Source: Deltaproteobacteria bacterium
Lineage (GTDB): Bacteria; Myxococcota_A; Polyangia; HGW-17; SLPX01
Reading direction: 5' to 3'
Length of the DNA: 64,000 nt
Assembly (NCBI GenBank): GCA_021162935.1
Contig: JAGGXR010000131.1
Location: 514-64,513 of the forward strand
The notes beneath the pieces are model-generated. The model was not told the DNA's origin. It ran no database searches and saw only the letters and a program-made list of their open reading frames with translations. Made by a program: the position numbers and the translations under genes. Each line of letters starts with the position of its first letter. The stretch's first letter is position 1. This document shows positions 7,297 through 15,043 of this stretch, piece by piece.

Positions 7297-9672
7297 TCAG
7301 TCGCTCGATCTTACCGGAAGCAGCCCGACGGGCACGTAGAGCACCTTGCCTTTGAGTCGCTGCAGGCTGGCGGGGTCCAGGTCACGGTAGTCGAAGCCCG
7401 TGTGGGTGCGCTGCCTCCAGACTTTCCGAAGAAGGCGCCGGTTGGCCGGATGATTCACGATCCATGTGGCGGCGGAATAGTAGAATCCAGGCACGGTGTA
7501 GAGACGCGGGCAATGGGCGGCCTGCCGCTTGATGTGGGCGAACAGGTTAGACAGGCTCACCCGTCCCGACGAGAGGCCCCGGCCGAACCGAACGGCATTG
7601 GGGATCCTGACAGCGACCCAGACGTAACGACGACGACGCGCAGCGATCCGAGGGGCGAGGCGCACGAGTTCCACGGGGACCGAATGGGTCAACTCGGCCA
7701 CCGGGTAGGCATAGTGGAATCCCAGGACCCGGTCGAACTGCCAGGGCTGGGCCTTGCGCTTGCCCATAGATGGCATCATTTCCAACAGGACCGAGTGGGT
7801 GAACCCGGACCGCGTTTCTTCGAGGTGTTCCGTCTGGAAGTAGAAGTCGGACGCGGTGATCAGGTCGCCTGGCTTGGTCAGCAGATGGGCGAGCCTCCCG
7901 GCACCCTGCTGCGCGTACCAGGTTCTCGCAATGTGCGCCAGGGCAACCCGATGCCGCTCCACGTCCTGCTCCATCTGGAGATACTGGATTCGGATCCGCT
8001 TTGCCTTGGGCCGATCGGACGGATTCAGGTCCTGGGCCTGACCGTGGAGCACGAACCGGATGAGGCCGGCGAAGCGACGTATCCGGTCGAGCCGCGTTTG
8101 CAGGCGCTGGGCGCGGATCCGAAGATGGCACCGGGCACCAGGCCGGGCGCCAGGCCGGGCGCCAGGCCGCGCAGGGACACGGCTCGTTTGCGAACAACGA
8201 GGTTGGCGCGCAAGACGAGGTTGGCGCCCAGGGACACGGCTCGTTTGCGAACAACGAGGTTGGCGCGCAAGACGAGGTTGGCGCGCAAGACGAGGTTGCC
8301 GCCCAGGGTGAGTGGATCGAGCACTGGCATTGGGCCGAGCCGCAGGCGTTGAAAAACGAGTCAGGCGGGCGAGTCGGGCAGCGAGTTGCCGGGCCATGGC
8401 ATCGAGTTGGTAGAGGTTCAGACCGCAGCCATATCCGACAATGCAAGCGGTCAGATGCTCTTGGCGGAAGCGTCGGTACCGGCTCGACGGGAACAGGACA
8501 TGCGCCTGACGAGCGGCAGCGATGAGACGATCGCTATAGCGACGGAGGGCGGCCTCGGATTTTCGGCCTGGCGCCATAATGCTGCCTTGCCATACGGGGT
8601 GCCGGGCGGACGAAGGGGAGACCGCCCATGCAGGCCGGACGCCGAGTTGACGGCCCGCCAGGTCGAGCCTGTCAAGCAGAGCCGCCTTGATGCGCTTTGC
8701 CCACAGAACCGCAAGCTCTCTGGTGGCCGGCGTCCAGCGCCTGCCGTGGCACTGGTGGGTCCGACGCAGAAGCAGGGCCAAGGGGCGCAGTGCCGGGGCG
8801 AGCCAGGGTTTCGGCATACGGCACAGGTACGCGCGAAACCGCCACAGGCCGATGGAGGTGGCAAGCTGGGTCATGGACCTAGACCCCGTCGCGGCAGAGG
8901 TGGCGAGGTGGGGCACGGGCTTAGGATCCATCGTGGCACCGGGAGTCGTGGACGGGACGCCGGGGTGGCGGTCCATGGCTGCCGCGCGGCTCGCCAGAGT
9001 TTCGAGTCGATGGGCGTCGAACAGTTCATCGATCAAGGCATCGGAGACCACGGGCCAAACCGCGGCGAACCTGGTGCCGGTGAGGGTGGGGCCCGAAAAG
9101 TCATTGGTGGCGGCCACGGAGTTGAGGTGCACATCCCAGGCCGCACCGAACAGACCGAGTTCGAAGCTGGCCCCAGGTCCGAGTTCCAGGTCCAACAGGG
9201 CGTCGTGGCCCCTGGCGCAGAGGTTGACCTCCTTGGGCCACAGTTCGTCACCGTTGAACAGGTAGCCGTGCATGACGGCGCGGTCGCGGGCGAACGAGGT
9301 AAACAATTCACCGCGCCGAAACGGGGCAAAGATGGGCCCGACCACGTTGAGCCGACAGGCGCCCGGTGACGATTGGGTGGCTCCGCCGCAGTGCTGCGCC
9401 TCCGAGCAGGCTCCCAGATGCCGAGTCGACGGCCGACAGCCGGACGTTGCAACGAAAGACGCCGGCACGAAAACCAACAGAACGAAGAGCATTTCGACGA
9501 GGGATCGCCGGAGGCGGAACCGCCAGACGAGGCCGAATGGGGCGAAGAAACGCGGGGCGAAGAGACGCGGGGCGAAAACCGCCAATCCCGCTGAAGACGA
9601 TCCAACGGAATCCGCTGATGCCGACAGCGCTGATCGTGACACAGAGGACGAATGGGAATGCACAGCCACCAT
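7297..9672 (-). CDS. Large hypothetical exported/lipoprotein (start uncertain: 9672 or 9492)
   Basis: Long ORF with a hydrophobic stretch plus ATSGC lipobox-like motif, co-directional with the upstream pan genes; internal repeat linker. Confidence 0.55.
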   Translation of the reverse strand: MVAVHSHSSSVSRSALSASADSVGSSSAGLAVFAPRLFAPRFFAPFGLVWRFRLRRSLVEMLFVLLVFVPASFVATSGCRPSTRHLGACSEAQHCGGATQSSPGACRLNVVGPIFAPFRRGELFTSFARDRAVMHGYLFNGDELWPKEVNLCARGHDALLDLELGPGASFELGLFGAAWDVHLNSVAATNDFSGPTLTGTRFAAVWPVVSDALIDELFDAHRLETLASRAAAMDRHPGVPSTTPGATMDPKPVPHLATSAATGSRSMTQLATSIGLWRFRAYLCRMPKPWLAPALRPLALLLRRTHQCHGRRWTPATRELAVLWAKRIKAALLDRLDLAGRQLGVRPAWAVSPSSARHPVWQGSIMAPGRKSEAALRRYSDRLIAAARQAHVLFPSSRYRRFRQEHLTACIVGYGCGLNLYQLDAMARQLAARLARLTRFSTPAARPNASARSTHPGRQPRLARQPRLARQPRCSQTSRVPGRQPRLARQPRCSQTSRVPARPGARPGARPGARCHLRIRAQRLQTRLDRIRRFAGLIRFVLHGQAQDLNPSDRPKAKRIRIQYLQMEQDVERHRVALAHIARTWYAQQGAGRLAHLLTKPGDLITASDFYFQTEHLEETRSGFTHSVLLEMMPSMGKRKAQPWQFDRVLGFHYAYPVAELTHSVPVELVRLAPRIAARRRRYVWVAVRIPNAVRFGRGLSSGRVSLSNLFAHIKRQAAHCPRLYTVPGFYYSAATWIVNHPANRRLLRKVWRQRTHTGFDYRDLDPASLQRLKGKVLYVPVGLLPVRSSD
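8131..8305. repeat. Nested in-frame tandem repeats (12-, 18- and 57-bp units)
   Basis: CCAGGCCGGGCG x~3; CAGGGACACGGCTCGTTTGCGAACAACGAGGTTGGCGCGCAAGACGAGGTTGGCGC x2; GCGCAAGACGAGGTTG repeated. Confidence 0.85.
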
Positions 9673-9683
9673 GGAGAATCGTT

Positions 9684-9956
9684 TCACTCCTCCATGGAAC
9701 CGATGCGCATGTGTGATGCGACGGAATGCTTGTGGCCCTTCTTTTTGTTCGGGGGCCGGTTCATCGGCCTCTTGCGCACGTTCATCTCGTCCGCCTTCTT
9801 CGGTGGCGGCGGAGTCGCCGTGACCACATGAGCGTTGCCGACCTCGGTGGCACATCCGCCCACCGCCAGGGCAAACAGGATGACGAGGACCCACAGGGCC
9901 GCCATCACGTTCATCCAACGTCGCGTGATCCGTTGCCTGGCCGATCGCTTGGTCAT
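9684..9956 (-). CDS. Small basic lipoprotein
   Basis: Signal ALWVLVILFALAVGGC followed by a Pro/Lys-rich tail; AAGGA RBS. Confidence 0.55.
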   Translation of the reverse strand: MTKRSARQRITRRWMNVMAALWVLVILFALAVGGCATEVGNAHVVTATPPPPKKADEMNVRKRPMNRPPNKKKGHKHSVASHMRIGSMEE

Positions 9957-9984
9957 CGTGTCCATCCTTTCATCTCGACCTGTC

Positions 9985-10084
9985 TTATCCAGGTTCATCT
10001 CGCTTCGGTTTGACTCGTGTCGGTTCATCTCATCCAGGTTTGACTCGTGTCGGTTTGTCTCGCTTCTATTTGTCTCGCTTCGGA
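9985..10084. repeat. Degenerate ~15-bp tandem repeat at the panE 3' end
   Basis: Units such as GGTTCATCTCGCTTC, GGTTTGACTCGTGTC (x2), GGTTTGTCTCGCTTC. Confidence 0.7.
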
Positions 10085-11064
10085 TCTTTCTCTATTGTCT
10101 GCTGGTCAAGGGCGCCTCTCGAACCCAGAGCGGACACGAGCAGGGAAATGGCGCGGTTGACCGGCGCCGCCACGCCGAGTCGGTCGGCCAGGTCGGCCAC
10201 GGCGCCGTTCAGTTGGGCCACTTCCGTACGGCGGCCGGCCAGGACGTCCATGAGCATGGAGGAGCGATTCGCCCCGGTACGTCGCGCCAAGTCGATCACT
10301 TCGGCCAGGCTGGTCGATGCGTCCAGGGGCACGCCGTCGGCCTGCGCCACAGCAAGGGCTTCGGCGACGATGGTCTCGATGAGGGCACGAGTCTCGGCGA
10401 TCTCGAGCAGGGTGCCATTTTGGACCCGAAGCAAAGCGGTCAAGGGATTGATGGCCACGTTGCCCAGGAGCTTGCGCCAGATGGCCTCACGGATGGTTGC
10501 GGTGACCTCGACATCCAGACCAGCCTGGCCGAGGAGGGTTGCGAGGCGGGCCAGAGGGTCGAGACGATCCGAGCCTTGGGACGGCCTGTCGTCCAGCATA
10601 CCGAGCCGGATGGGGCCGCTGCCCGCATGGACCACATGTCCGGGTCCTGCCAGGTAGGCCCCCAGGCCCACGGTGCCCAGGATAGTGCGATCCCGGCCCA
10701 CGAGGTCTCGAAGAATCGCGTCGTTTCCCAGACCATTTTGCAGGCTCACAAACAACGACTGCGGACTCGCAATCGAAACGAGGGCGGCGACGGCCGCAGC
10801 GGTATCGTATGCCTTGACGCAGATGAAATAGAAGTCGGCGCCCGAGGCGGACGCTGGGTCGGTCGTGGCCGGTACCGACACGAGGTCCGGACCAGAAAGA
10901 CCGCTGAGTTCGATCCCTTCAGTTTGGATGCGGTCCACCTTCGCTCGATCCACGTCCAGGACCAGAACCGAGACCCCGCTGCGGGCCAACAGACCGGCAA
11001 ACAACGATCCGATGGCGCCGGCTCCCACCACCACGATCGCTGGTCGCGAGGGAGCGGACTCCAT
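10066..11064 (-). CDS. panE: 2-dehydropantoate 2-reductase
   Basis: GAGAIG, CVKAY, LQNGLG, WRKLLGNVAINPLTA, NRSSMLMD...TE. Confidence 0.93.
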   Translation of the reverse strand: MESAPSRPAIVVVGAGAIGSLFAGLLARSGVSVLVLDVDRAKVDRIQTEGIELSGLSGPDLVSVPATTDPASASGADFYFICVKAYDTAAAVAALVSIASPQSLFVSLQNGLGNDAILRDLVGRDRTILGTVGLGAYLAGPGHVVHAGSGPIRLGMLDDRPSQGSDRLDPLARLATLLGQAGLDVEVTATIREAIWRKLLGNVAINPLTALLRVQNGTLLEIAETRALIETIVAEALAVAQADGVPLDASTSLAEVIDLARRTGANRSSMLMDVLAGRRTEVAQLNGAVADLADRLGVAAPVNRAISLLVSALGSRGALDQQTIEKDPKRDK

Positions 11065-11066
11065 GC

Positions 11067-11945
11067 TCAATCCGAATCGCCGTCAACCGACGGGGCCTCG
11101 CCCAAAAGGGTGAGAAGATGATCGAACTCCTCGTCCGCCATCGTGAAGCTGTGATCTTCGAGTGGATATTCCTCGGCGACCACTTCGGACCGGTAGGTCT
11201 GCACGGCCTCGCGGATGACCCCATCCAGGTCGGCGTATCGACGCAGAAACTTCGGGGTGAATGCCGGATTGATGCCGAGCATATCGTGCACCACGAGGAC
11301 CTGGCCGTCACAATCCACGCCCGCGCCGATGCCGATCACGGGGATCTCCAACTTCCTGGCGATCAGGCCGGCCAGCCTGGCAGGAACCAGCTCCAGAACA
11401 AGCATGAACACCCCAGCGTCCTGGAGGGCAATGGCGTCTTCGACCAGGGTGGCGGCCTGGGCCGCCATCTTGCCCTGGACCCGATAGCCGCCCAACAACG
11501 AAGCGGTCTGGGGCGTCAAACCGAGATGGCCGCACACAGGAATGCCCGCCTGGACCACGGAGGCCACCCGCTCCACCATGGCGCCGCCCCCTTCGATCTT
11601 GACGGCGTCGACCCCGACTTCCTTGATGAACCGGCCTGCATTCGCCACCGCATCCTGCTGGGACAGGTTGAAGGACATGAACGGCATGTCGCCAATGACG
11701 AGGCTGTACTGCACGCCACGCATCACCGCCTTGCAGTGATAGAGCATCTCGTCCACGGTCACCGGCCTCGTATCCGAATACCCAAGCACCACGTTCGCAA
11801 CGGAGTCCCCGACCAGGATCACATCGATGCCCTCCTCGTCGAGGAGCTTCGCCGTGGGATAGTCGTAGGCGGTGAGCATGGTGATCTTACGACCCTGCCG
11901 CTTCAACTCCGCCAGGCTATACAATTCGACTTTTTTCCTGCCCAT
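11067..11945 (-). CDS. panB: 3-methyl-2-oxobutanoate hydroxymethyltransferase
   Basis: MLTAYD, LVGDS, GDMPF, VKIEGG, GHLGLTPQ, IGIGAG, DGQVLV. Confidence 0.97.
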   Translation of the reverse strand: MGRKKVELYSLAELKRQGRKITMLTAYDYPTAKLLDEEGIDVILVGDSVANVVLGYSDTRPVTVDEMLYHCKAVMRGVQYSLVIGDMPFMSFNLSQQDAVANAGRFIKEVGVDAVKIEGGGAMVERVASVVQAGIPVCGHLGLTPQTASLLGGYRVQGKMAAQAATLVEDAIALQDAGVFMLVLELVPARLAGLIARKLEIPVIGIGAGVDCDGQVLVVHDMLGINPAFTPKFLRRYADLDGVIREAVQTYRSEVVAEEYPLEDHSFTMADEEFDHLLTLLGEAPSVDGDSD

Positions 11946-12022
11946 GGTTGCCTCCCATCGGACGTCGCTTCAACGCCGATCATCGTCTCTGTCGCCGAGC
12001 CATCGATGCTCGGTCGTCGATC

Positions 12023-12388
12023 CTATTCCGTGTAGCCAGCCCACGCGTTCTCCGACTCCCAGACCCGAACCATGGCCACGGCCACGCCGTCGGGCAGATT
12101 GGCAGCCAGCCGGCCATAGACGAACCGTGCCAGTTCCTCGGCCGAGGGATTTCGTTCCTTGAAGTACGGATGGTCATTGAGGAGCCGATGGTCCAACTCA
12201 CGCAGAACCAAATCGAGCCGCGCCTTGACCTCTTTGAAATCAAGGCTCAGCCCAACCTCGTCGAGGTTCTCGGCTTCGAGTTCCGCCTCGACGTACCAAT
12301 TGTGCCCATGGAGTTCCTCACACTGACCCTGGTATCCACGCAAAAAATGAGCCGCCGAAAAACTCCGCTTCACACACAATCGAAACAC
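12023..12388 (-). CDS. queD: 6-carboxytetrahydropterin synthase
   Basis: FSAAH, CEELHGHN, LDHRLLND, NPSAE, VWE. Confidence 0.93.
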   Translation of the reverse strand: MFRLCVKRSFSAAHFLRGYQGQCEELHGHNWYVEAELEAENLDEVGLSLDFKEVKARLDLVLRELDHRLLNDHPYFKERNPSAEELARFVYGRLAANLPDGVAVAMVRVWESENAWAGYTE

Positions 12389-12421
12389 GGCATGTCCCTT
12401 TCATCCGCTCCGCAAAGAGCG

Positions 12422-13015
12422 TCATTCGCCGGGGCGGACCACGTGGACGGCGGGCAACGCCTCGGCCCGCGCCTGTGCCGTCGTCCGTCCGACGCGTTCG
12501 AACGTGGACTCCACTCCGTCGCAATCCAAGTCTGCAAAGGCTCGGGCCGAAAAGGCTGCTTTGGCGCCCACGCCTGCGGACACGAACTGATACCGAAACC
12601 GATGGGGCCCTTCGATCTCGAACCCGAGGGCCCGCCAGGTGGCCGTGTCCCAATCGGTGCCCTCGCACAAGCCCTTGCCCCCAAACGTGCAACAACCACG
12701 CGTCGGCGTGATCGCGGTCGAAGAGGGAAACCGACGCATCGCCTTGTGATCGGCCTGACCCGCCAGGGCCATCTTGGTCGATTCTTCATAATATGCAACG
12801 GCACCGGCACACATGCGCTGCAGATCCGACAGGACGACCAGACTCCGACTGCGAATCATGTGCCGCCGAATCGCCGGCACGGCCACCGAAGCCAAGAGCG
12901 CCAGGAGACTGACCGTCACCAGCAAGTCCACGAGGGTAAACCCGAAGGCATCCGGCCGCCGCAGTCCTTGGACACTCGATCTCGTGGATTCGCGAAACAT
13001 GGGCCTATTTTGCAT
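12422..13015 (-). CDS. Type IV pilin-like protein
   Basis: G|FTLVDLLVTVSLLALLASVAVP prepilin motif; C-terminal W..LGF...F.Y.F and ADLDCDG typical of myxobacterial pilins. Confidence 0.75.
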   Translation of the reverse strand: MQNRPMFRESTRSSVQGLRRPDAFGFTLVDLLVTVSLLALLASVAVPAIRRHMIRSRSLVVLSDLQRMCAGAVAYYEESTKMALAGQADHKAMRRFPSSTAITPTRGCCTFGGKGLCEGTDWDTATWRALGFEIEGPHRFRYQFVSAGVGAKAAFSARAFADLDCDGVESTFERVGRTTAQARAEALPAVHVVRPGE

Positions 13016-13193
13016 GCAATCCACTCGGGATCAACCTGTTGTTGACGCTTTGTCGCCAGTGATTTCCCAACAGAGGGCCTGTGACCGTCGCCCCCTTGTG
13101 CCACCCGAGCGTATCCCTGTTGATTCTGCTTGCCAAAGGCACGAGCCTCATTAACGTACGGAAAAAGGCGAAAACATCAAAGGAGCGCTTGTA

Positions 13194-15041
13194 ATGCCCA
13201 AGAAACTCGAAGAAAAGGTGGGCCACCTGAGCCCCGAAGAACTCAAGGTCTACAAGTTTCGCCATTCCCTGGCCCACGTCATGGCCGCGGCGGTTCAAAA
13301 AATCTATCCAGGCACCAAGCTCGGCTACGGGCCGCCCATCGAAGACGGCTTCTACTACGACTTCCAGTTTCCAGAGGGCACCAAGCTGGGCAGCGACGAG
13401 TTGGCCGCCATCGAAGACGAGATGCGCCGCCAGATCAAAGAAAACCACGAGTTCCGCCAGTACGAACTGCCCATCGACGAGGCGGCCGCCAAGGTGGCGA
13501 AGTTGGACGAGCCCTTCAAGACAGAACTCATCGCCGACCTCAAGGCCCGCGGCACCGAGACGGTGAGCTTCTTTGAGCATGGTTCCTTTACGGATGTCTG
13601 CGAAGGCCCCCACGTGGAACGCACCATGCACCTGCCCCAGGCGTTCAAGCTGGACCGGGTGGCCGGCGCCTATTGGAAGGGGTCCGAGGATCAGCCCATG
13701 CTGACCCGAATCTACGCCCTGTCCTTTGCCAACCCAAAGGAACTCAAGGCGTTCATCCGAAACAGAGAAGAAGCCCTCAAACGCGACCACCGAAAACTGG
13801 GCGCCGAGCTGGAGATCTTCCACATCAGCGACGAAGTGGGCAAGGGCCTGCCCCTGTGGCTGCCCAATGGAACGGTCATCCGCGACGAACTGGAAAAGCT
13901 CGCCCACGAGTATGAATTCAAGTACGGCTACAAACGCGTGGCGACCCCAGAGATCACCAAAGAAGGGCTCTACTATCGATCCGGCCACCTGCCCTACTAC
14001 AAGGACTCGATGTTCCCGCCCATGACCATCGAGGAACAGGGCCCCGACGGCACCAACATCAAGGAGGTGTTCTACCTCAAGCCCATGAACTGCCCCCACC
14101 ACCACATGATCTACAAGGCGCGCCCCAGGTCGTATCGCGAACTGCCCCTGCGCCTGGCCGAGTACGGCCACGTGTACCGATTCGAAAAGTCCGGGGAACT
14201 GGCCGGCCTGTTGAGGGTGCGCGGCATGTGCATGAACGACGCGCACATCTACGTCCAACCCGAAAAGGCCAAGGAGGAGTTCATCAAGGTGATGCAGCTC
14301 CACCTCGACTACTACAAGCTCCTCGAATTCTCGGGCTGGTACATGCGCCTGAGCCTGTCGGACACGGAATCGTCGGGCAAGTTCCTGCCCAAGCCGGAAC
14401 TGTGGAAACAAGCCGAGCAGCTCTGTATCGAGGCCATGAAGGACATGGACCTCGACTACGAGGCGGTCCGAGGCGAGGCAGCCTTCTACGGCCCCAAGAT
14501 CGACGTCCAGGTGAAAAATGTGGTGGGCCGCGAAGAAACCGCTTCGACAAACCAGGTGGACCCGATGGCCGCCCAGGAGGATCGCTTCGACATGACCTAC
14601 GTGGGGCCGGACGGCGAGCTGCACCGACCTTGGGTCCTGCACCGAGCCCCCCTGGGCACTCACGAACGGTTCATCGCCTTCCTCATCGAGCACTTCGCCG
14701 GCGCGTTCCCCACGTGGCTCGCCCCAGTCCAGGTGCTCATCGTACCCGTGTCGGGCGAACAGGTCGGCTACGCGAACAAGCTCTCCGAGGCACTCTTCGA
14801 CCGATTCGTCCGCGTGGAGGTGGACGACTCCCACGACAGCCTGAACAAGAAGATCCGCAACGGCACGACCCGCAAGATCCCGATTCTGCTCGTGGTGGGA
14901 CGTAAAGAAATCGAGGCCAAAACGGTCACGGTGCGCCGCTATCGCCGCAAACAGCAGCAGACCGTGCCGTTCGACGGTTTCTTGAAGGAACTGGACGAAG
15001 AAATTCGGACCAGGAAGTGGGTCAAGCCGGACCAGATCTAG
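13194..15041 (+). CDS. thrS: Threonine-tRNA ligase (no N-terminal TGS domain)
   Basis: RHSLAH, GPPIEDGFYYD, CEGPH, RDHRKLG, KPMNCP, AFYGPK, LHRA, PTWLAPVQ. Confidence 0.98.
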   Translation: MPKKLEEKVGHLSPEELKVYKFRHSLAHVMAAAVQKIYPGTKLGYGPPIEDGFYYDFQFPEGTKLGSDELAAIEDEMRRQIKENHEFRQYELPIDEAAAKVAKLDEPFKTELIADLKARGTETVSFFEHGSFTDVCEGPHVERTMHLPQAFKLDRVAGAYWKGSEDQPMLTRIYALSFANPKELKAFIRNREEALKRDHRKLGAELEIFHISDEVGKGLPLWLPNGTVIRDELEKLAHEYEFKYGYKRVATPEITKEGLYYRSGHLPYYKDSMFPPMTIEEQGPDGTNIKEVFYLKPMNCPHHHMIYKARPRSYRELPLRLAEYGHVYRFEKSGELAGLLRVRGMCMNDAHIYVQPEKAKEEFIKVMQLHLDYYKLLEFSGWYMRLSLSDTESSGKFLPKPELWKQAEQLCIEAMKDMDLDYEAVRGEAAFYGPKIDVQVKNVVGREETASTNQVDPMAAQEDRFDMTYVGPDGELHRPWVLHRAPLGTHERFIAFLIEHFAGAFPTWLAPVQVLIVPVSGEQVGYANKLSEALFDRFVRVEVDDSHDSLNKKIRNGTTRKIPILLVVGRKEIEAKTVTVRRYRRKQQQTVPFDGFLKELDEEIRTRKWVKPDQI

Positions 15042-15043
15042 GC

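Noticed and set aside
12023-12388. queD as part of a 7-deazaguanine DNA-modification (dpd) system
   Set aside because: No dpdA/tgt-like, queC or queE genes nearby; the context is housekeeping cofactor synthesis.
13005-14834. Long antisense ORFs (also 19543..21663, 29645..31339, 42917..44758 and others)
   Set aside because: Shadow frames of real genes, expected in GC-rich DNA.
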